The notes beneath the pieces are model-generated. The model was not told the origin of the DNA, searched no databases, and saw only the letters and a program-made list of their open reading frames with translations. A stretch of DNA of 64,000 nucleotides from Neophaeotheca triangularis (lineage: Eukaryota), in assembly GCA_054600435.1 (NCBI GenBank), contig BAAIJX010000001.1, positions 744,001-808,000 of the forward strand, written 5' to 3'. The translations under genes and the position numbers were made by a program. This document shows, in pieces, positions 50,249-60,449 of this stretch. Position 1 is the stretch's first letter. The number at the start of each line of letters is the position of its first letter.

Positions 50249-51283
50249 ATGGCGCCCAAGCCCAACCCAAAACACCTCATCCGCAGCAAGGCCGAAGCCA
50301 AACGCCCAGTTCTAACCCATCTCAACGAGGACAACTCATGGCTACTCCAAGTGCCTACACTCGCCGGACCACGACCTTACTTCAACATTGTTTTAGACCC
50401 CTGGCTGGTCGGTGATCAGATCGAAATCCATGACTGGGTTCACAAACAGTCCACCATCGTCGAAGCCGCTTTCCGGTCAATGGCCGAAGTCGAGGAGTAC
50501 GCAAACGAGGTATCCGACGTGGCGGCCAAGTACTTGGAGAACAGTACCAAAAGCAAGCTCGGCGAGCAGCGGCCATATGGCATTGACGTCGTCGCTCTGA
50601 GCATTTATATTTCAGACCACACGCACAAAGTGACCCTTCTCGAGCTTCCACCTAGCGTCGTCATCGTCGGCCACCCTTCATCAGTAAAGCTGGTCAAGAC
50701 TTGGAACTACTTCGACACCGTCTGCAGCGCTCCTCTCTTCGCGAACGACTGGCGCGAATCACAACACTCTCCTCTGCCACCACACATCGGCATCGCATGG
50801 CTCAAGCAGACGCCCGACCCGCAGGGCGTTCATGTCGGGCTAGCGATCTTCATGGAGACGAACGACAGCTGCAATCCAGAAACCGTGCTGCTCCTACCTC
50901 ACGGCATACAGGCGGCGCAACTGAGACACCTCACCACCGCCGACCCGCCAGTCAGCGTACTCGCGCTGTTGCATGGAACACTCCGTGTGCCCGTGGGACT
51001 ACCCTTTCTGCCCAAGAGTGACGCCAACCTAGGTGCGCACAATGGACTAGCGGCGCGACGCTTGTTAGATGCAAAGTACTGGATCCCGACTTGCGATGCG
51101 GAGAAGAAAGAATCCGGGCTGACGTCGTGGATTATCTATCACGAGCCGCTGACCGTCGAGGATGCACTGAAGAAGGAGCGGCTGCGGAGAAGGGATTCGG
51201 GAATCAGTGCTGCTGAGGGTCCAGAGTTGCCGGGAGCGAACTTTTACTTGGTGGCTAATGGGGAAGGTATGGTTTTGATGTAG
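50249..51283 (+). CDS. Metallo-beta-lactamase-fold-like hypothetical protein
   Basis: Motifs LTHLNEDNSWLL, NIVLDPWLVG, IDVVALSIYISDHTHKVTL, LLPHG and AKYWIPT. Intronless, 344 aa. Confidence 0.65.
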   Translation: MAPKPNPKHLIRSKAEAKRPVLTHLNEDNSWLLQVPTLAGPRPYFNIVLDPWLVGDQIEIHDWVHKQSTIVEAAFRSMAEVEEYANEVSDVAAKYLENSTKSKLGEQRPYGIDVVALSIYISDHTHKVTLLELPPSVVIVGHPSSVKLVKTWNYFDTVCSAPLFANDWRESQHSPLPPHIGIAWLKQTPDPQGVHVGLAIFMETNDSCNPETVLLLPHGIQAAQLRHLTTADPPVSVLALLHGTLRVPVGLPFLPKSDANLGAHNGLAARRLLDAKYWIPTCDAEKKESGLTSWIIYHEPLTVEDALKKERLRRRDSGISAAEGPELPGANFYLVANGEGMVLM

Positions 51284-51796
51284 CTTCGTTGTGGGGCGGT
51301 GTAGGTTGCATTGAGCTGGGCGTTACTATTCGGTAGTGTTTGAAACTTCACCGTGGCCCCCGGCTTTGATGGCGCATCACTTTCCTCCTGGTAGTAAGTC
51401 AGAGCAGCTGTCCCGGTTCCGAGATACGTCTCGTCATCTACCTGTGTCCCTAGCTGAAATCGATTCAGATGCGCCCAGGGCGTGTCTCGTCTACCTGACC
51501 CTATGTAGGAACGGTCTTCCCGGCAGCAGCTAGCCGACCAAGGTGCTATACTACTGTTGCCCTGTACACAGAACACGGCCGTCCCGAGGATACGGTATGT
51601 CAAGGGGGCTTACGCACAACAGGTCTGGAGTATGTGGGAGATACTAATCGAGCACGATCGCGGTATCGATTATCCTATCCACAACAGCACCCCGCTCCGC
51701 TACCTCTTTTTGTCAAAGCATTCCATTGCGGTTCTCTGATGGAGAGGGATCGCACTTAGCTGGAATGTAGGGAAAAGGGGAGGGAGACTGAGATCC

Positions 51797-52037
51797 AGCG
51801 CTAGAGTGTCTAGCACGTGATATGGTGCAGTGTAGAGTGAGAGGGTGAGCAAGACAGAACGTAGCGATGAAGTATCTAGCTTGCGGTCGGTGCGGTGTCG
51901 AGAGGAGGAAGAGGTTTTAGCGATGAAGTGTCCAGCTGAAGTGTCCAGCACGCGGTCAGTGCAGTGCAGAGACGCGGAGAAAGGGAAGATCTTGCGATGA
52001 GAAAGAGAAGTTCTGGCGATGAAATGTCTAAGACGCG
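51797..52037. repeat. Degenerate spaced direct repeat, ~40-bp core x4
   Basis: Core resembling AGCGATGAAGTGTCTAGCACGCGGTCGGTGCAGTG at ~51797, 51863, 51919 and 52015 (partial), separated by purine-rich spacers. Confidence 0.75.
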
Positions 52038-52319
52038 AATGTTAGCTAATATGATCGCACCGATACTATCATATCTTCAGAACGTGGCGTGTAAGAAGTG
52101 AACGTCCGGCCTTCTACTGGTTCACAGGGGTCGCCTTCTTGGCTCCGGGCTTGTTGTGCTCCTATTCATTGGCGTGCCACACTCTTATGAACAAGCGAGA
52201 AGCACTGCCGTGTTCTATGCACAATGTGGCAGTAGTATATCATCTTGACCAGCTAGCTGCTGCCGGAAGATTGCGTTCCTGCATAGGGAAGGCTACTCGT
52301 AGCAATGCTTGCGTTTCCC

Positions 52320-53088
52320 CTAGAGCTTCACGCTAGCCTTGAGCACAGCAAAAGCATCGTCCTTGCCGCCATTAAACCTCTCCTCGGCAGTCTTCCAGTT
52401 AACCACAGACCAAATATTCTCCACATACGCCGCCTTGCCGTTCAAGTACTGCAAGTAGTAAGCGTGCTCCCACATGTCAACACCGATGATCGGCACCGAG
52501 CCATCGACAATAGGATCCTGGTCTTTGGTCGTCACAATGCTCAACCTATCGCTGTCCGCAGCCTTGACGAGCCAGCCCCAGCCACTGCCCTGGATGCCGA
52601 GCAGGGACTTGTTGAAAGCGGCTTTCATCTTGTCGACGCCACCGTACTGGGCATCGATTGCGGCGCTGAGTTTGGGTGCAGCAGAGGGTTTGGCTCCATC
52701 CGAGGAGGTAGGGCAGAGGTTTTGCCAGAAGAGGCTGTGGTTGATGTGGCCGCCACCGTTGAATTTGATGGCTTGTTGGTTGGCGATCTGGGCTGGAATG
52801 TCTTTGGATTGCAGCGAGGAAACGCTGACTTTGAGGGCGTTGTTCAGGTTTGTGATGTATCTGGGTTAGGGTAAGCGTTGGTATCAACATGTCGTGAGTA
52901 CCAGGTATTTCCCTACGTCTGATGGTGCTTCGAGTGGTGGAGTTCCATGATCTGCTTAGAGATCGCTGGTTCCAATGCCTGGTATGCTGTCAGCTACGCC
53001 GTCGACTACAGTGCCTCCTGGCCGGGCTCTTCTTTACATCATATGCGTAAGGCAAGGGTGGTAAAGAATATGTTGTTGCTTCAGCCAT
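52320..53088 (-). CDS. Mn superoxide dismutase lacking a mitochondrial presequence (cytosolic Sod3/SodC type), 3 exons
   Basis: MAEATTYSLPPLPYAYD|ALEPAISKQIMELHHSKHHQT|YITNLN, KFNGGGHINHSLFW, GIQGSGWGWL and DMWEHAYY. Introns 52979-53037 and 52861-52916. Confidence 0.95.
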
Positions 53089-53306
53089 GATGTCGGTATC
53101 GCGTTGGTGTTTTGAGCAGGCTCGAGTCGCTGAAAGGTCCTTGGTACTATAAGTTTCTGCTCGTCCTGTGAGTTACGACGACAATGGGGAGGAAATGTGG
53201 ACAACTACAAAGAGCTAGGAGGATTGGAGAGGTGTGAGGGGTGTGAGGGGTGCCGAACAAGTGCAGCTACCTTGATGGCGATGTTGATCACGTGACCTGC
53301 AACATA

Positions 53307-53462
53307 AATGTGCTCATTCTAACGCAGTCCCAAGTACATCCCATCAGCTTGCCGCGACTGGCCCTGAAGGCCGAGCTAATGGTTCCCAGTAGAGCCTGAC
53401 AGAATGGCCATCAAGGTTGCATTCCTGAGCGCATTGGCGTGTCAAGCTGCCAAACGTGCTCA
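53307..53462. promoter_or_regulatory. Three AAYGYGCTCA elements (Mac1-type copper-response-element candidates) in a bidirectional promoter
   Basis: AATGTGCTCA 53307-53316 (+), AATGCGCTCA 53426-53435 (-) and AACGTGCTCA 53453-53462 (+). Confidence 0.65.
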
Positions 53463-53591
53463 TAAAGGCGCTATAAGTTTGTACCTTCAAGAGTTGGTTG
53501 CTTTGTCAATATCGACTACAGCAGTCTTCAGACAAACCAGGCCCTGGACCGTAACTTGATATCTTTTCTACTAGAGCTATAAAGAAAGAAC

Positions 53592-54112
53592 ATGGCTTGT
53601 TGTTCATGCAGCTCGCTGGTCTCGCCGGAGAGCGATGCCTACGGCGCCATGTCCGTTATTCAGCCGCTAGCACTCGGTCCAGCAAGAAAGGGGGTCGCCT
53701 GCAAACTGCTCTTTGGTCGTCCTCAGTCGCAACCCAAAGGTCCCGTCAAAGTCGCCATTCGGCTCGAGCGAGCGGAAGACGCACTGCGAATAGCGTCGTC
53801 CAAAATTCTTATCCAGTAAGTCGCGAGAAGGCATGGCCGCGAAACAAGGCAGTCGCTAAGTTTACCAGTGAGGATGGCGATCTCCGGTTGTCCGGGAAGC
53901 GAGATGGCTCTAAATCAATCTTCGAGCTCCCTCTTGAGATGCAAAACCCAGTCGTTTCTGACAAGGCAACTGAACTGGAAATTTCCTACCTGGTTGAGGA
54001 TCCCGATTTCGATTTGTCGGTTGGGGGGAGCAAGGGTATCGTAGCGCGGAGGGTCACACTTGTTGACCGTGATGGGTCGATATGCGGCGACGGTGTAGTT
54101 GGCCGTCTCTGA
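53592..54112 (+). CDS. 155-aa Cu/Zn-SOD/CCS-fold-like small protein with N-terminal MxCxxC, 2 exons
   Basis: ATG in strong context (AACATGG). Intron 53816-53868 (GTAAGT..GCTAAG..CAG) fuses ORFs 53592-53819 and 53597-54112 and creates ILIHEDGDL. C-terminus GIVARRVTLV..ICGDGVVGRL. Confidence 0.78.
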
Positions 54113-54554
54113 GGCAAGTCTTGAGGGGAAATGCATGAGTGAAGAGTTGGAAATCTACGATAAGAGTCAAGGCACTAGGTGCGGGTTCACCTTCCTCGCG
54201 GCGAGTCGCAGATCCAGACTATTAGTCACCTTGCCTGCTCGCGTGACGGTGTGTCCTTTCGGCTGGCGTGGGACAGCCACGGGCTTTCTGCACACTGCTG
54301 TCTTCGCAAGCAATGGATAGCTTCGTGCAGAATAGAGAGGGAAGCTTGCTGCGATCTCGGCTGATCGCAGCTCCGTATCGACTGTGGTCTTCTCTGCTCG
54401 AGCCCAAGTGTAGCCTCATACAGTTTATGCAGGCAGAGACGGGGAAGTCAGTGCCAGTTCTCATACCGCAGGGGAGCATTCTTGCTAGCCACCTACACAT
54501 CATAATCCATCTTAAAAGGAAGTTCATCCGGCCATTCACCAATGTAAGTAAAGA

Positions 54555-55343
54555 TCACAATTTCGATCTACCACTCCCAATCGACTGGAGAAATTCCAGG
54601 ACGGCCTTATTGAAGGCTTTCGGCTGGTCGATGTTGGCAGCATGCCCTGCATTCGGGATGGTGACCTTCTTCGCTCCAGGTATCCGCTGAGCCATGTATT
54701 CACAAGCACCCAAGAACGGTTTGTCATCGCCTCCGACAACTACCAGGGATGGCACGGCAATGGCAGGCAAGGACTCGATGACTGCCGAGTTACGCTGGGC
54801 CAGCATGCCGCGGGCAGCGAGAGCCAGGCCTTTCGCGTTGCGATGCGTCACCTGAGAGCGCTCGGCACTCGCGGATTGCAAGCGAAATAGCCCATCCCGG
54901 TCGAATCGCGCAGCAGTCTCGTGCGCATTCTTGTTCCATGCCTCTCGCGCCTTGTCGTTCCGATACCCTGGGCCGGTGTCGATGATCAACAGTTTGATAA
55001 CACGCTGCGGATGCAGGCGATAGAAGGCCAGGCTCATATAGCCACCCAGTGACAGCCCACCTACAATAGCAGGGTTCTCTCTGCCGCAGACGTCGTCCAG
55101 AAGAGCTGCCATGTCGGATACCGTGTGCGCTTCGCTGTACGCCGAGGGATCCTCCGGATACGACGTCTGGCCGTGTCCGCGCATGTCCCAGGTAATGACT
55201 TTGTAGCCAGCGCTGGTGAGAGCTTCGATTTGGCCTTGCCACATTGCTGAGGTTGAGGAGTATCCGTGGCTCAGAAGCATAGGGACGCCTGTGCCGTGCA
55301 TTTCATAGTAGAGGCTGACGCCGTTGTTATCGAGGAAAGGCAT
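54555..55343 (-). CDS. Alpha/beta hydrolase, intronless, with C-terminal PTS1 (SKL)
   Basis: Probable start MPFLDNNGVSLYYE at 55343. HGY, WDMRGHGQ, nucleophile elbow GLSLGG, VGGDD acid and AGHAAN His. Ends GRSKL*. Confidence 0.9.
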   Translation of the reverse strand: MPFLDNNGVSLYYEMHGTGVPMLLSHGYSSTSAMWQGQIEALTSAGYKVITWDMRGHGQTSYPEDPSAYSEAHTVSDMAALLDDVCGRENPAIVGGLSLGGYMSLAFYRLHPQRVIKLLIIDTGPGYRNDKAREAWNKNAHETAARFDRDGLFRLQSASAERSQVTHRNAKGLALAARGMLAQRNSAVIESLPAIAVPSLVVVGGDDKPFLGACEYMAQRIPGAKKVTIPNAGHAANIDQPKAFNKAVLEFLQSIGSGRSKL

Positions 55344-56279
55344 CGTTTTGGAATTTATGTTTCTCAGTGGGATTTTCTCGCTCGTCTCTACCAAACTTGT
55401 CAGCGTAGAAACAGAGAGAATGGCTGGTGGGCTCCAAATCAATATGTCCAATCCCCTCACTCGTTGCCTCGGCGTTGAATTGTCCTGGGCAGACTCTGCC
55501 GCACTCTGCTTCTGCGGGGTTGACCTAATGCTCATCCTCACACACACACCAGTCTCGATTCTTTGGCAAAGTGTAACCGAATGCTCGCCGGAATGCTTCA
55601 GCTTCATCCTCTCGTGGGTCTCTGGCTAATGTACGTCCGCTCCTTGGCTGGCACTACGATACAGCTGGCGCAGCAACACCCGCAGAGCACGTCAGCTCAA
55701 AACATCGCGGCCGCGGCGTCAAGTGTCCAGTGCTGGGATCGGATATGAGTAGTTGGGGCGAAGGTGTTGACGAGATGAAGTCGGTCATCAAAGAGCGTGG
55801 TGGCCGCCGAGAAGTGTGCCTTCCTCACATCGACCCCACCAAACCTTGATCCAACCGCAGCTGCAAATGTGTATATTGAACAATAATCGTGTTTGATCAA
55901 TTTGTTAATACGAGAGCTAGATGATGGCTGAAAGGGTCCGAAGAAGTCAAACAATACTCGCAGCACCTCCTGGACGTTGTAGTTTCAGGTGACGCGGAAG
56001 CAGAGAGCTTTTCGTCACAGCCAGATGGTGGATGTCGATGGGATCAAAGCTTTATATCGTGATCATCGTAAACCTCGTTAGGGCAGATGATACATTAATT
56101 AGGACCAACCGTGTGATTAAATTGTTTGAAAAGTGTCCTCGAGGAACTTCTATATTCTATCAATGCATCTAATGTTTAATCTCAATATTCCATCGAAACC
56201 CCTACATGTTTGCATGCATTTCCTGCTCTGTCCAAATCCTCATCTCTCAAAAGGTCCGTAGACCGGGTATCGCAAACAT

Positions 56280-57930
56280 TTATTTGACAGCCTCATCGGA
56301 ACTGTCCCCCTTCTCCGCAGTCTCAATGTCCTCACCACCAACGTCGCGGAGACCAAGTTCCCTCGCCATCTGGGGCAATTGATCAAGCTCCAAGTACGGC
56401 ATGTTGTTAGCGACCTGGAAAGGCCACTTGCCTTCGACATAAGCCTTCGCGAAGATAATGTCAATCTCTTCGAGATGACGTCCGGCGGTCTCGGGGTAGA
56501 AGAACCACGCAACCGGGACAGCGAGAAGGTTGACTAGGGCAAAGAAAAGGTAGAGACCCCAGCCAGACGCTTGCGAGAAGACGGGCGTGAACATGACGAC
56601 TGCAAAATTACAGATCCCTAAAGAGTTGTCAGTTCAGAGTTTGACCGGTTTTTAAGCTCGGACACTTACAGTTGGTACATGTCGAAACGGCGACAGCAGG
56701 CGTACGGGTACGAAGAGGGTTCACTTCTGGGGGATAAATCCAAGGCAATGGGAGGATGGTAAAGGCGAAGAAGACGATGAAAAGGTAAATTCCGACGGCA
56801 GCACCACGAGCATTCGCTGGAACTGGGTCCACCAGGCATCCAAAAGTGATGATGAACGATAGACCCTGGCCGAGGAAACCGATGAGGAAGAGCTTGCGGC
56901 GACCAACCTTCTCGATCATGAAGAATCCAGGAATGGTTGCCAATGCGTAGATCGTAGCAAAGACACCACCCAAGACGAGGGATAGGCGATGATCGAGACC
57001 AATGGTATTCTCGAAGAGGATAGTCGAGTAGTAAATAGCCGCATTGCATCCAGTGAACTGCTGGAAGAACTGAGTGCTCGAGCCAATCATCATGCGGCTG
57101 AATTGTTGAGTCTTGCCGAACTTGAAAAGGTCGCCGTAGCCACCGGAAACGTTACGCTCCGCATCAGCCTTCATAAGCATAAGGTCGGAAATGACAGCTT
57201 CGTCGTCAGGAGTCGTGACGTGGAGAGCAGCCAGAACTTTGCAGGCCTCGTTTTCATAACCGTGGCGTACGAGCCAGCGGGGAGACTCAGGCAAGCTGTA
57301 AATGCCGACGACCAAGATCGACGCGAAGAAGATCTGGAAGGCAACCGGGAATCGCCATTGAACCGTAGAGTCGACGTAGGACAGGCCAAAATCGATCCAG
57401 TAGGCGATGAAAGTACCAACAGCGATAACGGCACCCTCAAGACAAACAAGGAGACCACGGTTCTTTGCTTGCGAGGTTTCAGATTGCCAGATGGGAATCG
57501 TCGCGGTATTGGCGCCATTGCCGAGTCCGGAGATTACACGACCAACGACAAACGTACCCAGGGCCCATTCGTTTTCGAAGGCGCAAGTTGAGATGATTGC
57601 GCCGATGATCAGGATGATACCTCCGCCGAAGACGGTTCTGGTGCGTCCAATCTTGTCGCCGTAGATGAGGGTGAAGATTGCGCCGAAGAAGCAACCGATT
57701 TCGTAACAGGCTGTGACAGCGCCACGAACAACTTCAACGTGCTCGGCTTCGGAATCAGAAGCATCCTCGGGAATGTAAGTCTCAGGGAAGGTGATATTGA
57801 ATTGCTCTCCAGAAATCAGACCAGACATGAGACCCTGATCATAACCGAAAAGGGAGAAACCCATAACGGCGGTAACAGTGATTGCGATTCGGAGCTTGTT
57901 GCCCGTCAGGCCACTCGTTGTTGTCCACAT
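56280..57930 (-). CDS. STL1: MFS sugar porter, glycerol/H+ symporter Stl1-like, 2 exons
   Basis: Motifs GFSLFGYDQGLMSG, IPIWQSETS, WRFPVAFQ, QFFQQFTGCNAAIYYS and PWIYPPEVNPLRTR. Intron 56618-56669. Confidence 0.85.
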
Positions 57931-60449
57931 GTTGGGTGGGTATCTGCGCTACCAGAGCGCAAAGGGAATAGATAAAAAGACAACGGATGCGGATGGAGAA
58001 GAAAAGGAAGAATGCTGGGGGAGCGGGGGGAAGCCATATTTATTATTGCAATTGGGACGAAATATTTCGTCCTGACCCGCGCAAATGCCGACGAGCAACG
58101 ATCCGAAGGTAATCCAAACGAAAAGCCATCAAAGGTTGGTGGCGCCAACTAGCGACGGCGGTGGTGGAGCAGAGACTCCATCGTTGAAGACGTGCGCCAA
58201 GGCCGGAAGTAGGAGGGCAAGCAACTTTTGAAGCCAACGAGGGCGCGCTAACCGTCGCTAAGCCATTTTAGTGGCTTGAGAAAAATCTCTTCGACATGTT
58301 TGGCGTGCGCGTGGCAACGCTTGGCCGACTCTTACGTCAAGTGCTGGCTTTATCGCTACATCACTCGTCCAACCTCTGAGCATGCTCCGAGTTTTTACCC
58401 ACTTGGGCCCTATGTTCGGACCATTACACGGCTCAACGTTTGTTGTGTTGATGTTTTGTTCCTTACTTTCACCGTCACCACCGTCACCACCGCCGCTACG
58501 AGCGTGCAAAGGGCGCTCATAACATCATGTGCGGCATGCCCTGTGATTCGCGAATAGCAGCTGCTCCGAATCCGACACAAGCCTGCCTCGTCGGCTCAGA
58601 CGGAGTCAGTCCCCTTGATTTTGTCATTACGAGCTCTGCCCGTTGCATGACCACGCGCCATTTTTTGCGAAATTATTAGCGCCTCCCGCAACTCCACCGC
58701 CGTCACCCCATCAACTCCATGAACTCGGCAGCCGATGGTAGCCAGCCCTCTCCCACCAGGAACCCGCACAATCCCCAGCTCCCAGAAGGGACCCTCGAGC
58801 AGCGAGCTGTTTACGTGAGCCGGCCAACCGAGAATTTTCTCTGCAGGATGATCATTCTCTACAGAATAATGTATACAGTCTTTGCACGATTTTTTCCAAC
58901 CTCAACATCCCGTCTTGAACTCGCGCGCCGCTTGCATTAACAACGATCGACGTTATATCAGCCTTACCTTCACTTCTGTCTTGGTGCCACGCCTCAGCGC
59001 TGTTCTTGCCCGGGACAAGCACGAACAAACTAACCCAAGCGGCCCCACGTAAGCCTTGAACCCGAGTAATACCAGCAATGCTATGACCAAGCCAAGTGAG
59101 CTTCATCCAGCCGAGCAATCTCACATCGACAACATGTCATGAAATCCTTCGCTCTCGGCGCGGCAGTTAGATATACTCGTTCTGCGATAGCTTCGCAACC
59201 ACTGGCTGGGACTAGAGACTCTTTCGAATTGCTGCAAATTGCTGTGAGGAAGCGCTGACCACCGTCAAAGAATCAAGGGGGGAAAAGACAGAGAAATGAA
59301 AGATGCTAGACGCATGAATAATTCAGCCCCGAGATCCGACGAATACTGCGACCCCGTACTGTATCGTACCGTCATGCCTCACTCCGGCCGGGCTTCCACA
59401 CGCTCCCACAAGAGCCAAAACGGCACAGCAGCAGCAGTGAGCCCTCCCCTGGCACCCTGCATAGTCGACTACTATCCCCTAGGGTTCCGTAAAACAATAC
59501 CGTATCTGTAAACCGTCCTCCAACCCTCCCACGTCTCCCACCGCCTCCCTGTGATTGCCCCGCGGTGCCAGCTCCGCGCACATGCCGCTGTGGGCGCTGT
59601 GGGTGTGCCACATGGAGCAGAAAAACATATACGGTGGGTCAACCCAAACATCGAGATGAAGTGCGTGTGGGTCAGAATCTCCGACTGCTGAGTCTTTCAA
59701 CTGGCCGTCGCTCTGACGACCCTGGGTACCCTCGCATGGCGACGAGATTCGCAACAAATTCAGACAAAAACCAATTTGTAACAACACCCGTAGTCCGTGG
59801 AGACACTGGAGACCAACACGTGAGGTTTCACTATCGATGCGTGCATGCTTTGAACTACAGAAGGCTATTCAGTCCACCTGCTTGTCGTCGGATGGGGATG
59901 GCGGCAAGCCGTTGCGCATGGCGCTGTTGCTCCCTTCGATTTCCTATGCATCAGCACGGTTGGAGAAAAGGCGATAGGGCATCTGCGCCCTCGAAAGCTT
60001 CCGGATCATCGTCGCCCACGCGACGTAGCTGCCGCTGCGACAGTAGTGCTCCCCGTGTCTTGGGAGCTTTCTCGATCAGGACGGTTAACTATTGCACTTC
60101 GACATAGAAGGGCAGGTCGAGGCGGGGGATGGTCTCGGGATAACATTCGCCAAGGCAGTGGTGAAGTCCAGTATTCCGAATCTCTAGGGATCGACCATCT
60201 AATAGGTTCCCCTTCCGTTCGCAACTGTCGAACCCAACCGACCACCTTTCCTGGTCGTTTCGTAGATGCATTACTTGACGGGTGACCAAGCAAACCACTT
60301 CCTGTCGCCCAACGCACTTGTCTTTTCTTCCGCGCAGCTTGTAACACCCCATCCCTGTATCGCTCTAGCCATAGCCCTTTGAAAAGCGATTGCCTTGCAG
60401 TCAATCTTGCAGTACAAGCGCTGTACGAATACCATCATGATCATCATCC

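Noticed and set aside
51797..52037. CRISPR-like repeat-spacer appearance
   Set aside because: Eukaryotic context, highly diverged repeats, irregular spacers and no cas genes.
53915..54136. Minus-strand ORF with apparent splice signals
   Set aside because: Antisense to exon 2 of the better-supported + strand SOD-fold gene.
55344..55607. 88-aa N-terminal extension of the hydrolase ORF
   Set aside because: The domain begins at MPFLD (ATG 55343, good context); the extension looks like non-coding sequence.
59479..60404. ORFs of 100-180 aa upstream of STL1
   Set aside because: Random-like composition with no domain signatures.
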